Positions 9,204-19,653 of a DNA stretch of 64,000 nt are shown here, in pieces (position 1 is the stretch's first letter; the number at the start of each line of letters is the position of its first letter). Under the pieces are notes generated by a model. The model had not been told where the DNA came from, searched no databases, and worked only from the letters and a program-made list of their open reading frames with translations. Both the position numbers and the translations under genes were made by a program. This DNA comes from an uncultured Actinomycetota bacterium (lineage in GTDB: Bacteria > Actinomycetota > Acidimicrobiia > Spongiisociales > UBA4744), in assembly GCA_963723165.1 (NCBI GenBank), contig CAVRPP010000010.1, positions 128,882-192,881 of the forward strand, in the 5' to 3' direction.

Positions 9204-9311
9204 AGTCGGTAGGAGCGTAACGCAGGCTCCTGGACCGCAATGGGTTCGTTTGCGCTCGGCTCCTTGTTGCTGGTTGCCTGCCGTTCGTACCGGAGCGCGG
9301 AGAACGAAGAA

Positions 9312-10112
9312 CTAGGAACCAATAGCGATTTCGACCTTTTCGATGTAGACCGTTTCCAGGGGCAGGCTCTGTTCGGTTGCCGTCGTCCCGTCTCGCCCGG
9401 TCAGCTGCACCGACCTGATCCGGTCGAGGGTGTCATCGGAGTCGACGGCGGTACCGAAAACCGAAAAGGCGTTGTCGAGACCGGCGTCTTCGCCGTCAAC
9501 GACGAAGAACTGGCTGCCGGTCGAATTGGCGCCACTGTTGGCCATCGCCAGGACGCCGCGGCCATACGTGAACCCGTCCTCCGGGAACTCATCGGCGATC
9601 AGGTAGCCGGGGCCACCGTTTCCGATGGCCGTTGGGTCGCCACCCTGGATGGCGAACTCGGGGACGATGCGGTGAAAGACCGACCCGTCGAAGTAGCCCT
9701 GCCGGGCCAGGAACACGAACGAGTTGACGGTCTCGGGAGCGATTGAGGGGTCGAGTCGGGCAATGATGTCACCGCACGAGGTGGTGATCGTGGCCGTGAC
9801 TGTGGCATCGGGCGCAATGCCCTGGTCTTCGGGGGCGGTGAAGGTCATCTCCGTCACCGGGTCCGGGGCCTCCGCTTCGCAGGCGGTCGGTTGGGAGCGA
9901 TAGCCGTCGTAGTCGACAGGGATGGTCGTCGTCGCGGTCGGCTCCGAACTGTCGAACAACGTTGGCAGGACGAGCAGGACGGCCAGCACACCTACCAGGA
10001 CGGTCAGCTGGGTCGCTCGCTTCCGCAGCTTGCGTTGCCTGGCCAGCTTCTCTTGCTCTTCTCGCTTCTTGGCACGGTTTTCCCGTTGTCGTTCACGCTT
10101 GTTGGTCGGCAT
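9312..10112 (-). CDS. peptidyl-prolyl cis-trans isomerase (cyclophilin type) with N-terminal basic/TM segment
   Basis: '[15 protein letters not shown]...[15 protein letters not shown]' cyclophilin core; start chosen at the internal ATG (10112) because aspartokinase begins at 10188 on the other strand. Confidence 0.8.
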   Translation of the reverse strand: MPTNKRERQRENRAKKREEQEKLARQRKLRKRATQLTVLVGVLAVLLVLPTLFDSSEPTATTTIPVDYDGYRSQPTACEAEAPDPVTEMTFTAPEDQGIAPDATVTATITTSCGDIIARLDPSIAPETVNSFVFLARQGYFDGSVFHRIVPEFAIQGGDPTAIGNGGPGYLIADEFPEDGFTYGRGVLAMANSGANSTGSQFFVVDGEDAGLDNAFSVFGTAVDSDDTLDRIRSVQLTGRDGTTATEQSLPLETVYIEKVEIAIGS

Positions 10113-10187
10113 AGCGACAGGACTATAGGCCTCTTCTTGGAGGGGATCGTCGGGACGGAGCCAGACCGGCGGTACACTCCCGGCGCG

Positions 10188-11414
10188 ATGTCCTTGATAG
10201 TCCAAAAATACGGCGGCACATCGGTCGCAGACGGTGAGCGGATCAAGCGAGTGGCAGCCCGCGTTGCCGGTACCCGGCGGGCGGGCCACGACGTGATTGT
10301 CGTTGTCTCGGCAATGGGTGGGACCACCGATGAATTGATCGACCTGGCTCGCCAGGTCAGCTCGTCACCACCCGGCCGGGAGATGGACATGCTGCTCACC
10401 GCCGGGGAGCGGATCACGATGGCGCTGCTGGCCATAGCGATCCACGAAGAAGGGGTCGAGGCGGTCAGCTTCACGGGTTCCCAAGCAGGCATCCTGACGG
10501 ATTCGAGCCACGGGCAGGCGAAGATCCAGGAGATTCGCAATTTCCGGGTCGAAGAGAGCCTCAAAGAAGGCAAGGTGGTCATCGTTGCCGGGTTCCAGGG
10601 AGTTGACCCGCAGTCAAAGGATGTCACTACCCTCGGCCGGGGCGGCTCGGACGCAACTGCCGTAGCCCTGGCTGCCGCCAATCACGCCGATGTGTGCGAG
10701 ATCTATACCGACGTAGACGGGGTCTTCACGGCCGATCCACGCATCGTCCCCGACGCCCGCAAACTCGACGAGGTTTCGTTCGAAGAGATGCTGGAACTGG
10801 CGGCGACGGGCGCCAGGGTCCTGATGCTCCGGTCGGTGGAATTCGGCCGCAATTTCAACGTTCCCCTCCATGTGCGCTCGTCATTCCACGACGGCCCCGG
10901 GACCTGGGTGAAGGAGACAACAATGGAACAGGCGATCATCAGCGGAATATCGCACGACACTTCGGAAGCGAAGGTCACGGTCCGGGGTGTTCCGGATCGT
11001 CCGGGCGTCGCCGCTGCCTTGTTCGAGCCTCTCGCTCTCCGGGAAGTCAACGTCGACATGATCGTGCAGAACGTGTCGAAGGACGGGACCACCGACATCA
11101 GCTTCACTGTTCCCAAGGAGCATGCGGCTAGGGCCATGGAGGTGGTGGAGAAGGTTGTTCCGGAGATCGATGCGGCCGGTGTCGATATCGACGAGGAAGT
11201 TGCCAGAGTGTCCGTGGTGGGAGCGGGCATGAAATCGCACCCGGGAGTGGCGGCCAGAATGTTCCGGGAATTGTCCGCCAACGGGATCAACATCGAGATG
11301 ATCTCCACGTCGAGCATCCGCATATCCTGTGTTGTCGCCCTGGAACAGATCGAAGAAGCAGTGCGGGTCCTGCATGCTGCTTTCGAACCGCCGACCATGG
11401 TGGGGGATCTATGA
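10188..11414 (+). CDS. ask: aspartate kinase
   Basis: '[13 protein letters not shown]', ACT domains at the C-terminus; followed by asd with an ATGA overlap. Confidence 0.9.
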   Translation: MSLIVQKYGGTSVADGERIKRVAARVAGTRRAGHDVIVVVSAMGGTTDELIDLARQVSSSPPGREMDMLLTAGERITMALLAIAIHEEGVEAVSFTGSQAGILTDSSHGQAKIQEIRNFRVEESLKEGKVVIVAGFQGVDPQSKDVTTLGRGGSDATAVALAAANHADVCEIYTDVDGVFTADPRIVPDARKLDEVSFEEMLELAATGARVLMLRSVEFGRNFNVPLHVRSSFHDGPGTWVKETTMEQAIISGISHDTSEAKVTVRGVPDRPGVAAALFEPLALREVNVDMIVQNVSKDGTTDISFTVPKEHAARAMEVVEKVVPEIDAAGVDIDEEVARVSVVGAGMKSHPGVAARMFRELSANGINIEMISTSSIRISCVVALEQIEEAVRVLHAAFEPPTMVGDL

Positions 11415-12424
11415 GCACCAAACGAACTGCCGTTGTCGGCGCTACCGGAGCCGTCGGCCGGGCAATGATTTCCATCCTCGAGGAGCGGTCGTTCCCCGTC
11501 TCCGATCTCCGCTTGCTGGCGTCATCGCGATCAGCGGGCAGCAAAGTCGAAACGCGCTGGGGGAAGATCGAGATCGAAGATCTTGCCACCGCCGACCCGA
11601 CGGGTATCGAGATCGCCCTCTTTTCCGCCGGAGGCGATCGTTCCCGTCAGTTTGCCCCCGCCTTCGCGAAGGCCGGAGCGGTGGTGATCGACAACTCCTC
11701 TGCCTTCCGCATGCAACCCGAGGTTCCACTCGTGGTTGCCGGAGTCAACGACGCAGCCGCCGTCCGGCATGAAGGCATCATCGCCAATCCCAATTGCACA
11801 ACGATGGACCTGATGATGGCGGTGGCGCCGCTCCATCGAGCCGCCGGGTTGCGGTCGATGATTGCAACTTCCTATCAGTCGGTGTCGGGGTCCGGCCAAA
11901 AGGGCATGGACGAATTGACCAGGCAGATGGGTGAGCTCGGGGCCGACCTTCCCGCTCTGGTCAACGGTGGTTGGCAAGACCCTGGCGGCGACGTGTATCC
12001 GCGGCCCATCGCCTGGAATGTGATTCCCTTCGCCGGCAGCTTGCAGAGTGAGGGCTATACCGACGAGGAGTGGAAGTTCGTCAATGAGAGCCGCAAGATC
12101 CTCGATATTCTGGATCTCAAGGTTGAACCGACCTGTGTGCGGGTGCCGGTGATGGTCGGCCACGGGATCGCGGCCAGCCTGTGGTTCGACCGACCGGTCT
12201 CACCAGAAGAGGCAGAGGTGCTGCTGGTCGAGGCCGGGGGGGTAGCGGTCTGGAAGGACAAGGTGCCCACTCCGCTCGATTCGGCCGGTATCGATGACGT
12301 GCTGGTCGGTCGCATCCGGGCGACAGTGGGCACTCCCGGTGGTATCAACCTGTGGGCGGTTGGCGACAACCTCCGCAAAGGAGCCGCCCTCAACGCAGTG
12401 CAGATCGCCGAGCTGCTCGTCTAA
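11411..12424 (+). CDS. asd: aspartate-semialdehyde dehydrogenase
   Basis: 'VVGATGAVG...IANPNCTTM...SYQSVSGSG' motifs. Confidence 0.9.
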   Translation: MSTKRTAVVGATGAVGRAMISILEERSFPVSDLRLLASSRSAGSKVETRWGKIEIEDLATADPTGIEIALFSAGGDRSRQFAPAFAKAGAVVIDNSSAFRMQPEVPLVVAGVNDAAAVRHEGIIANPNCTTMDLMMAVAPLHRAAGLRSMIATSYQSVSGSGQKGMDELTRQMGELGADLPALVNGGWQDPGGDVYPRPIAWNVIPFAGSLQSEGYTDEEWKFVNESRKILDILDLKVEPTCVRVPVMVGHGIAASLWFDRPVSPEEAEVLLVEAGGVAVWKDKVPTPLDSAGIDDVLVGRIRATVGTPGGINLWAVGDNLRKGAALNAVQIAELLV

Positions 12425-12493
12425 AACCCGTTCTGGCGTCAATTTTCGTGTCCTGGTGTCGGTTATCGACGCAAGAACAGAGAGGCGGAGGCG

Positions 12494-13207
12494 TCAGGCC
12501 GCTTTTGGACACGCTCCGCTGTCGGAATTCCGGTCGGTGAGCACCCGACCGCGGTCACCTGTTCCGCAGACTCCGACGTACCAGTCCGGGAGCATCGACC
12601 GTGCCTGGCGGTCCAGCCTCGCTCGGATCTCTGAGCGCCTGGCATGGATTGGCGGGAGGATGCCGTCGAGAACCGGACCTGGTTCGGGCAACTCTGGCGT
12701 GACAAGGGATCCCGGGCTTGGAACCGCCGAAGTCGCGGCAGAAGCTGGTGTGGATGCGTCGGGTGGAGCATCGGCGGGCGGAGTCTGATCACCGGCTAGC
12801 TGACAGAACACGACGGACACGTACGCCGTGCCGTCTGCGGCGCTGGCCAGCCCCGTGCCTATGGCCGTCCAGGCAGGGTTGGTGATGATGTTCCGATGCA
12901 TGCTGCTTTCCCGAAAGGCGGCAAAAACCGCCGATACGTCGGGGGCGCTTCCGACGACTTCGCCGACGGATTCACACCCACCAAGCAGGCCGGAGAGATC
13001 GGCGTGAAACAGCTTCCCGGCTGCGGCCTGGGCCGCCGCTGAAGTCGCGGCCACCTGGTCGGCGCCGGCTACGACTGGAAGACTGCTCCCCCGAACGGTG
13101 CTCACCTGCGCTGCTATGTCGTCGGCTAGTGCGGGGGTAGCCACCCCCAGAGGGAGGGCAAGGGACAGGACCAGCACCAGCGCAATGCGTCGATTCGAAT
13201 ATGACAC
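12494..13207 (-). CDS. secreted CAP/SCP (PR-1-like) domain protein
   Basis: signal peptide 'ALVLVLSLALPLGVATPALA'; 'HRNIITNPAWTAIGTG' CAP motifs; Pro/Ala-rich tail. Confidence 0.7.
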   Translation of the reverse strand: MSYSNRRIALVLVLSLALPLGVATPALADDIAAQVSTVRGSSLPVVAGADQVAATSAAAQAAAGKLFHADLSGLLGGCESVGEVVGSAPDVSAVFAAFRESSMHRNIITNPAWTAIGTGLASAADGTAYVSVVFCQLAGDQTPPADAPPDASTPASAATSAVPSPGSLVTPELPEPGPVLDGILPPIHARRSEIRARLDRQARSMLPDWYVGVCGTGDRGRVLTDRNSDSGACPKAA

Positions 13208-13248
13208 GGAGAGGTGACAGTAACCGAATTCGACCGAGGACTGCTAGT

Positions 13249-13530
13249 TCATGGACACGAGCAGGGGATCTCCGAACAGCGCGGACAGCCGTTCCGGTAG
13301 CGACTCAGGGCTTCCTCGAGTCTGCACCCGGCCAGGTTGGCCAGCGAAGCAATCCAGGCCAAAACGTCGCCAAATTCCTGCAATTGTTGGTCTCGATCCC
13401 CTTTGCGGAGGGCCTGGGCGAGCTCGCCGACTTCTTCTGTCAACCAGGCGACGTTGGCCGGGACTCCCCGCGCCCGGTCGCGATGTCCGTAGGTCCGATC
13501 CATGAGATCCTGGAGCTCGTGCAGGTCCAT
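13249..13530 (-). CDS. MazG-like nucleotide pyrophosphohydrolase domain protein (small)
   Basis: 'EEVGELAQAL...EFGDVLAWIASLANL' MazG helix pair; C-terminal CxxC. Confidence 0.7.
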   Translation of the reverse strand: MDLHELQDLMDRTYGHRDRARGVPANVAWLTEEVGELAQALRKGDRDQQLQEFGDVLAWIASLANLAGCRLEEALSRYRNGCPRCSEIPCSCP

Positions 13531-13593
13531 TGGGCCAGGGTAGACGCATGGGGCGATTGCAAGGTCCCGGGAGCGGTTAACATACCGGCGCCA

Positions 13594-13667
13594 CGGGACG
13601 TGGCGCAGTTTGGCAGCGCGCAGCGTTCGGGACGCTGAGGTCGCCGGTTCGAATCCGGCCGTCCCGA
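13594..13667 (+). tRNA. tRNA-Pro (anticodon CGG)
   Basis: manual fold: acceptor CGGGACG/CGTCCCG (C1:G72 as in bacterial tRNA-Pro), D-arm GCGC-AGTTTGGCA-GCGC, anticodon arm CAGCG-TTCGGGA-CGCTG, T-arm GCCGG-TTCGAAT-CCGGC, discriminator A; CCA not encoded. Confidence 0.85.
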
Positions 13668-13675
13668 CTCAAGAA

Positions 13676-13712
13676 ACACCAGGTCAGGTCCGCCCTTCGG
13701 GGTGGTTTCTGG
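13676..13712 (+). terminator. hairpin downstream of tRNA-Pro
   Basis: GAAACACC...GGTGGTTTC with inner CCGCCC-TTCG-GGGTGG, followed by a T-rich stretch. Confidence 0.35.
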
Positions 13713-13801
13713 TTTGGGGGGTCATTACGATCGACTCGACTTGGATCGACCATGTGGCAAAAAGGCAACACTTGTTGCGCTTGATCAAGGAGAGAACCGT
13801 C

Positions 13802-14251
13802 ATGCGCCATCACCTCCATACCGAAATCGATATCGACGCATCGCCCGCTGCCGTCTGGGCCGTCCTGACCGACCTCGGTAGCTACTCCGACTGGAATCCG
13901 TTTGTGGTTTCGTCTCAAGTCACGCCTGCCGTTGGCGAGCGCCTCACCAACCGCATTGAGCCTCCGGGAGGCAGGGCGATGACCTTCCGCCCAACGGTGA
14001 CCGTCGTCGAGACCGAGCGGGTCTTCGAATGGCTGGGCCGTCCTGGCGTCCCCGGGGTTTTCGACGGCCGGCACCGTTTTGAGATTGAGCCAACTCCTAC
14101 GGGATCCCGTTTTACTCAGAGTGAAGCGTTCAACGGTGTCTTGGTGCGATTCATGAAGAAGTCGCTCGACACCCAGACCGTGAAGGGCTTCGACGCTATG
14201 AACTCGGCACTGAAGATCCGTGCGGAGGCGCGCTCGGGATCCGGACTATGA
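13802..14251 (+). CDS. SRPBCC (polyketide cyclase/START-like) domain protein
   Basis: 'IDIDASPAAVWAVLTDLGSYSDWNPFV' SRPBCC N-terminus; ATG at 13802. Confidence 0.7.
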   Translation: MRHHLHTEIDIDASPAAVWAVLTDLGSYSDWNPFVVSSQVTPAVGERLTNRIEPPGGRAMTFRPTVTVVETERVFEWLGRPGVPGVFDGRHRFEIEPTPTGSRFTQSEAFNGVLVRFMKKSLDTQTVKGFDAMNSALKIRAEARSGSGL

Positions 14252-14352
14252 ATCTTCCGCACATAGCTGGCGGGAATCTGACTCTGCGCTTCGACGTCGA
14301 TCGCGGCGCGCTCGTCGGTCCTGCTTGCTGACAGGGCACAACTCTCGAGGGC

Positions 14353-15609
14353 CTAAACCACCCGTTCGATACGGAGCCGGTCGATTCGGCGTCGATCCAT
14401 TTCGAGAACCGTTAGCCGGTACCCGGCCACCTCGACCGAGTCACCGTCGGCCGGGATATCGCCGGTGATCGAAAGGAACAAGCCACCGGCCGTGGCGTAG
14501 GGCCCCTCGGGGAACACTGCGCCGAGAGTCTCGGCCAGCTCTTCGACCGGTACGCGGCCGTCGGCCAACCACATGTCTCCCTCAATAGCCACTGTGGCCG
14601 GGGTCCCGGGGTCGTATTCATCCTGCAGCTCGCCGACCAATTCGGAAACGAGGTCTTTGATGGTGAGGATGCCCTCCACCCCGCCGTGCTCGTCGAGGAT
14701 GGCGGCGAAACCCGCTCGTCGCCGGCGCATCTGATGGAGCGCAGTGAGCACGGGAGTGCTCTCGGGCACGTACAAAGGCTCTCGGAGCAACCGGCGGATC
14801 TGCTCGGCTCCACCCGCTTCCCGCACGCGGAAGAGATCTTTGAAGTAGAGGACGCCGAGCATCTGATCGAGGTCGGTGTCCGTGGCGAAAACCGGATACC
14901 GGGAGTGCCCGGTATCGGCTACTGCCTGTCGCACCTGGTCGGGGGTGACGGGATGTTCGAGTGCTACGACATCGACGCGCGGGGTCATCACATCGCGCAC
15001 GGGACGATCGGCCAGGGAGAACAAGGAATGGATGATCTCCCGTTCGGCTTCCTCGATTTCACCGTCTTCCTCGCCGAGCACCGCCATCGAGCGGATATCT
15101 TCCTCGGTCACCAGGCTCGAGTCGTGTGCGGCATGCACTCCAAGAACACGGAGGATGGCCCTGCTCAACGCTACGAATAGGCGCGCGACCGGCCGCACGG
15201 CCCTCGACAGCCTCCAGATGGTTCCGGCCACCGTGAGGGCATACTGGTCGGGACGTCGAGCGGCGAGGGTTTTCGGGGTGATTTCGCCTACCACCAGGAT
15301 GATGGCCGTCACCGCCAGCGTTGCCAGCCACGGACCCCACGACTCGCCCACCAGGTCGATGGCGAGGGTGGTGGCTACCGATGCTCCGAGAATGTTGACG
15401 AAGTTGTTGGCCAGCAGCAAAGTGCCAATCGTGCCTTCCAGATCGGCCAGCAGCAGCTCCAGTTTCGCGCCACGTTTACCGCGTTGAGCGAGTTGATGGG
15501 CTCGTTCGCGCGGAACGGCCACGATTGCTGTCTCGGAACCGGACAGGAAACCAGAGGAGAGGATGCATAGGGCAAAGATGGTGAGCAGAATGAGCTGCAC
15601 GGTCGTCAT
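14353..15609 (-). CDS. hemolysin-family/CNNM membrane protein (DUF21-CBS-CorC_HlyC)
   Basis: 418 aa; N-terminal DUF21 TM region, CBS pair, C-terminal transporter-associated domain. Confidence 0.8.
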   Translation of the reverse strand: MTTVQLILLTIFALCILSSGFLSGSETAIVAVPRERAHQLAQRGKRGAKLELLLADLEGTIGTLLLANNFVNILGASVATTLAIDLVGESWGPWLATLAVTAIILVVGEITPKTLAARRPDQYALTVAGTIWRLSRAVRPVARLFVALSRAILRVLGVHAAHDSSLVTEEDIRSMAVLGEEDGEIEEAEREIIHSLFSLADRPVRDVMTPRVDVVALEHPVTPDQVRQAVADTGHSRYPVFATDTDLDQMLGVLYFKDLFRVREAGGAEQIRRLLREPLYVPESTPVLTALHQMRRRRAGFAAILDEHGGVEGILTIKDLVSELVGELQDEYDPGTPATVAIEGDMWLADGRVPVEELAETLGAVFPEGPYATAGGLFLSITGDIPADGDSVEVAGYRLTVLEMDRRRIDRLRIERVV

Positions 15610-15689
15610 ACGACGAGCTTACGAGGAGGGGGTCCCGGCGCGGCGTTGCGAGCCGGAACCCAAGGCGGTTTCGCCGGTCGGCGGTGGAT

Positions 15690-16076
15690 TCACTCCGGAC
15701 GTCCGCCGGTCAAGCTGGGCCGTGCCGCGGCGATGGCTGCCCGCAGTTGTTGAGGCGTGAACGGCTTCACCACCCAGGCGTCGGCCGCGGATCTACCGGC
15801 GAGGAACTCGTCTGCGGTTCGGTCGAGCAGCAGCACGATGGATAGGGCCTTGATTTCGTTGAGAAACTCCGCCTCACGGAGGGTGCGAGAAACCGCCATC
15901 CCGCCCATGGAACCGACTTGAAGATCGATCACGGCCACGTCGGGTTCAAACTCTTCGACGGCCCTGGCAGCCTGGCGCGGGTCTGCGATTTCATGAATGA
16001 CCGTTCCGGGGTCGGAGAGAGCAGCTATTGCTTCGTTTCTGATCCAGGGCTCGTCGACGACCAGTAGTACTTTCAT
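15690..16076 (-). CDS. stand-alone response-regulator receiver protein
   Basis: 'MKVLLVVDEP...VAVIDLQVGSMGG...VVKPF'. Confidence 0.75.
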   Translation of the reverse strand: MKVLLVVDEPWIRNEAIAALSDPGTVIHEIADPRQAARAVEEFEPDVAVIDLQVGSMGGMAVSRTLREAEFLNEIKALSIVLLLDRTADEFLAGRSAADAWVVKPFTPQQLRAAIAAARPSLTGGRPE

Positions 16077-16139
16077 AGGGGGCAACTCTAGTTGTCGGCA
16101 ATCAGTTGTCGGTATCGGACCTGGCCCCGGAAGCTTCCT

Positions 16140-17420
16140 ATGATGGCCGACGTGAGGCGCTTCCTTTTCTTGTCATTTGCGATCCTGGCCGCGCTGGCAA
16201 TCACGCCGGCGCTGGCTGCACAGGAGGCAGCGCCGCTGGACGTGATTGTGGTTTCGGGGCCGCTGGACCAGAGCGTCATCAGCTTTGTGGAGGAGGCGGT
16301 GGACGAGGCCGCCGCCAACGGCTCGCAGGCAGCCATCATTCAGCTCGACTCAGAGGGTGCGCTGAGTGACAGCATCGAGGGTCTCATCGACCTTTTCCGC
16401 CAACCTCCCCTGCCGCTGGTGGTCTGGGTTGGTGACGCGCCCGCCGTTGCTTACGGTGGGGCTGCCCGATTGCTTATCGCTGCCCCCCTCAAGACGGCCG
16501 CTCCCGGCGTCGAGATCGGCTATCTCACGCCGACAGTGGCCGGTTCGTCAGATGGCGTCGACGTCGTGGCAGCGTCCTCGTCGTTCACGATGCAGGAGGA
16601 GAAACTCACCGTCCAGGGGCCGGTTCCCGGTCTGGTAGATGCTGCTATCCCGTCGATCGGGCAGGTAGTGGTGTGGCTCAACGGCCGCGAAGTTCAGTCA
16701 CAGCAAGGTGCTGCGACGTTGCAGACCGCCCGTCAGGAAACCGCCGAAGATGGAACCACCCGGATGCTGCCGACCGCCCAGGTGCGCTTCCACGAACCAG
16801 GGCTGTTCACGCGGTTCCTCCGGCTGTCGATCCAACCGGAGGCGGCCTTCTTCTTCCTGGTGATGGGTCTCACGGTCGCGGCGTTTGAGTTCTACGCGAT
16901 GGGTCCCGGTTTGGCCGCTGCCACCGGTGTGATCTCGCTGCTGGTCGCCGGCTACGGCCTTTCCGTGCTTCCGGTCCGTTGGTGGGCACTGGTGCTCGTC
17001 GTGCTTGGCTTGCTCGTCTACACAGCCGAATTCCAACGGCGCTCGTTCGGGATCTTCAGCATTCTCGCCACCGGGGCTCTGGTAGTGGGCGGCCTCTTCA
17101 TCACCGATGCGGCTCCTCAGCTCACACCATCACCCTGGGGGGTCGGGTTCACCGTCCTGGCTGCCATCTTCTTCTACCTGATTGCTATGCCGGTGGTGGC
17201 CCGGTCCCGATACTCGACCGGCACGATTGGTCGGGATCATCTCCTCGGGAAGCGCGGCACGGCCGTGACCGTGCTCAGTCCGGAAGGCACCGTTGAGGTT
17301 GATGGTGCCCGCTGGCGGGCCCGGGCCCATCGTGAGGCCGGGATCGCGTCTGGTGACGTCATTCGGGTCACCGGCATCCGCGGACTCGAACTTGAAATCG
17401 ACCCGGTGGACGACGAATAG
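16140..17420 (+). CDS. NfeD-family membrane-bound ClpP-class serine protease
   Basis: signal peptide, ClpP-like domain, TM bundle, C-terminal OB-fold 'GDVIRVTGIRGLELEI'. Confidence 0.75.
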   Translation: MMADVRRFLFLSFAILAALAITPALAAQEAAPLDVIVVSGPLDQSVISFVEEAVDEAAANGSQAAIIQLDSEGALSDSIEGLIDLFRQPPLPLVVWVGDAPAVAYGGAARLLIAAPLKTAAPGVEIGYLTPTVAGSSDGVDVVAASSSFTMQEEKLTVQGPVPGLVDAAIPSIGQVVVWLNGREVQSQQGAATLQTARQETAEDGTTRMLPTAQVRFHEPGLFTRFLRLSIQPEAAFFFLVMGLTVAAFEFYAMGPGLAAATGVISLLVAGYGLSVLPVRWWALVLVVLGLLVYTAEFQRRSFGIFSILATGALVVGGLFITDAAPQLTPSPWGVGFTVLAAIFFYLIAMPVVARSRYSTGTIGRDHLLGKRGTAVTVLSPEGTVEVDGARWRARAHREAGIASGDVIRVTGIRGLELEIDPVDDE

Positions 17421-17553
17421 GCTCTGATCGCTGCCTAACTCCCTTTCCGCCAACGGCACCGGCAGAAACATTCTTCCCCTGTTTGCCAAAATTTTCCTGG
17501 CGGGTTGGGAAACCCACTGGTAGGTTTCGCCCGCATTTTGCGGAGGAGGACGA

Positions 17554-17814
17554 ATGGCGATGACGGCGGTAGCAACCAACTGGCAACCACGAGCGCTGTG
17601 CAGGGGTAACCATTCTCACCTCTTCTTCCCTCCCAGTACGTTCGAGCGCAAGGACGAGCGCGAACGCCGGGAACTGCGGGCCAAGGCCATTTGTATGGCA
17701 TGTCCTGTGAAACGAGATTGCCTCGAGTCGGCCGTCGACATCCGCGAGCCCTACGGAATCTGGGGTGGTCTCACCGAGGTCGAGCGCCGGGAATTCTCGG
17801 TTCAGACCGCCTGA
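17554..17814 (+). CDS. WhiB-family (Wbl) Fe-S transcription factor
   Basis: four Cys 'C..CMACPVKRDC' and 'GIWGG' motif; RBS GGAGGAGG. Confidence 0.9.
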   Translation: MAMTAVATNWQPRALCRGNHSHLFFPPSTFERKDERERRELRAKAICMACPVKRDCLESAVDIREPYGIWGGLTEVERREFSVQTA

Positions 17815-17850
17815 GCCGGCACCTCGTTCCTCGATCCATCGAGCTTTGCA

Positions 17851-19653
17851 TCACTCTGCGCGCACGCTCCTGAGATCCCCCGACCGGATGGTCACTCTCT
17901 GAGAATCCAGGTATTCCAGGAGCGGCACCGCGTATTTGCGCGAAAGCCTGAGAGCGTCCCGAAAGTCAGCCACGGTGAACTGCTCCGGCAGCGTATCCAG
18001 TTGCCGGACGATGTCGTCGAGTTGCTCCTGAAGGTAGATCAGGTCTTCCCCGATTCGGACTACCCGGTCCTGGCGGACCAGCGCATGGAGCAACTCGCGG
18101 TCGATTCCCATCTCCTTGATGCGAGGAACTGCCCAACCCGACGCAACGAGGGTGGCTCGCAGGCTCTCCCAGGCTGCCTCCTGGCTGCTGGTCAGGGTGC
18201 CGCCGAAGCCCTCCTCGGCCACCGTGGCGCCGTCGTCGCGCAGCTTGGTCGAAGCCCCGACCAGGGCTTCTACGACGGCGGGATCCACCGACAGGAGGCT
18301 GGCCAGGCTCGCTTTCGGCATACCTGGTCGGAGCGGGTTTTCGCGGTGGAAAGAACCTACGGTGCTGAGAGCACGACCGGACAATTCAGCAGCCGATTCC
18401 TGCGAGAGGGCGAGAGTTCCGACAATCACTGCTCCGGCCGGGACGCCTCCCCCGGAGTCCGCGGCGAGACGCGCCAGGGATTCACTGCCCCGGACCCCGA
18501 GGAGCGTCGTAGCGATGTCATCAGCCGAGCCTTCGATGGCTCCGGGCAGCACTTCGGCGGAGCGGCGGAGATCGGAGATCCCAATGGATGGGTGGGGATC
18601 GAGCACCCGGCCCCCTCCGACAACCGATCGCCGGCCAACCTCGCGAACAATGAAACGGTCACCGACCTTGAGGGGAAGAGGGTGCGACAACTGCAGAAGG
18701 GCGGGTCCGGAGCCTTCCAGTGCGGAATCCTGGACCAGGCGGATCCGGACCGGCCAGGCGCCGCTGCCGAGGTGTAGGTGGTAGGCGCCTCGATTAGTGA
18801 GGGGTTCCTCGAGGTAGCGGGCGGTGGTGATCTGTACGAGGACGGTGTCGGTTGTCTGCCAATCATCCGGCCGGCCCAGCATCGCACCCCGGGTCACCTC
18901 GGCCCTGTCCAAACCGACCACGTTCACGGCTACGCGATTGTGAGGGGTTACCCGGACGTGATCTCGCTCGTGACTCTGCAAATTGCGGATCCGGCCTCGC
19001 ATGTTTCCAGGCCAGGTCTCAACCTGATCGCCAACAGCCAGAGAACCATCGAGCAGGGTTCCGGTCACGACCGTGCCTGCCCCGGCGATCGTGAACGAAC
19101 GATCGACCCACAAGCGCGGCCGGCCACTATCGATCAGGGAAGGAGAGACCTTCCGGATGGCCAAGTCCAGCGCACGCCGCACATCATCGATTCCCTGGTT
19201 CGACAGCGCCGAAACGGGAACGACCGGGCTTCCGGCGAGTGATGTGCCCGCCACCTTCTCGTCCACCTCGAGGCTCACGAACTCCATTAGCTCGTCATCG
19301 ACCCGGTCGACTTTGGTGATGGCCACGACGCCTTCTGCGACCCCCAGGAGGTCGAGGACGGCCAGGTGCTCCTCGGATTGCGGCATCCAGCCTTCGTCTG
19401 CGGCGACGACAAAAAGTGCGACGTCAATGGCCTCGGACCCCGCCAGCATGTTCTTGATGAACCGCTCGTGGCCCGGAACATCAACGAACGAGATCTCGGT
19501 TCCGTCGGCGAGTGTGGTCCACGCGAAGCCGAGGTCGATGGTGAGCCCTCGGCGCTTCTCCTCGTCCCAGCGGTCAGGATCCCGTCCGGTCAGCGCCTGG
19601 ACCAATGTCGACTTGCCGTGGTCGACGTGTCCGGCTGTGCCTACGACCGGCAT
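17851..19653 (-). CDS. selB: selenocysteine-specific elongation factor SelB
   Basis: 'GTAGHVDHGKSTL...DVPGHERF' GTPase plus long C-terminal winged-helix region; 600 aa. Confidence 0.85.
   Translation of the reverse strand: MPVVGTAGHVDHGKSTLVQALTGRDPDRWDEEKRRGLTIDLGFAWTTLADGTEISFVDVPGHERFIKNMLAGSEAIDVALFVVAADEGWMPQSEEHLAVLDLLGVAEGVVAITKVDRVDDELMEFVSLEVDEKVAGTSLAGSPVVPVSALSNQGIDDVRRALDLAIRKVSPSLIDSGRPRLWVDRSFTIAGAGTVVTGTLLDGSLAVGDQVETWPGNMRGRIRNLQSHERDHVRVTPHNRVAVNVVGLDRAEVTRGAMLGRPDDWQTTDTVLVQITTARYLEEPLTNRGAYHLHLGSGAWPVRIRLVQDSALEGSGPALLQLSHPLPLKVGDRFIVREVGRRSVVGGGRVLDPHPSIGISDLRRSAEVLPGAIEGSADDIATTLLGVRGSESLARLAADSGGGVPAGAVIVGTLALSQESAAELSGRALSTVGSFHRENPLRPGMPKASLASLLSVDPAVVEALVGASTKLRDDGATVAEEGFGGTLTSSQEAAWESLRATLVASGWAVPRIKEMGIDRELLHALVRQDRVVRIGEDLIYLQEQLDDIVRQLDTLPEQFTVADFRDALRLSRKYAVPLLEYLDSQRVTIRSGDLRSVRAE

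Noticed and set aside
9891-10187. N-terminal extension of the aspartokinase ORF back to 9891
   Set aside because: The extension is junk-like sequence overlapping the cyclophilin gene on the other strand. The conserved '[10 protein letters not shown]' start with an ATG at 10188 is the real start.
13594-14251. Genomic island integrated at tRNA-Pro
   Set aside because: There is no integrase, no direct repeat of the tRNA 3' end, and the downstream genes are ordinary (SRPBCC, CNNM, NfeD).
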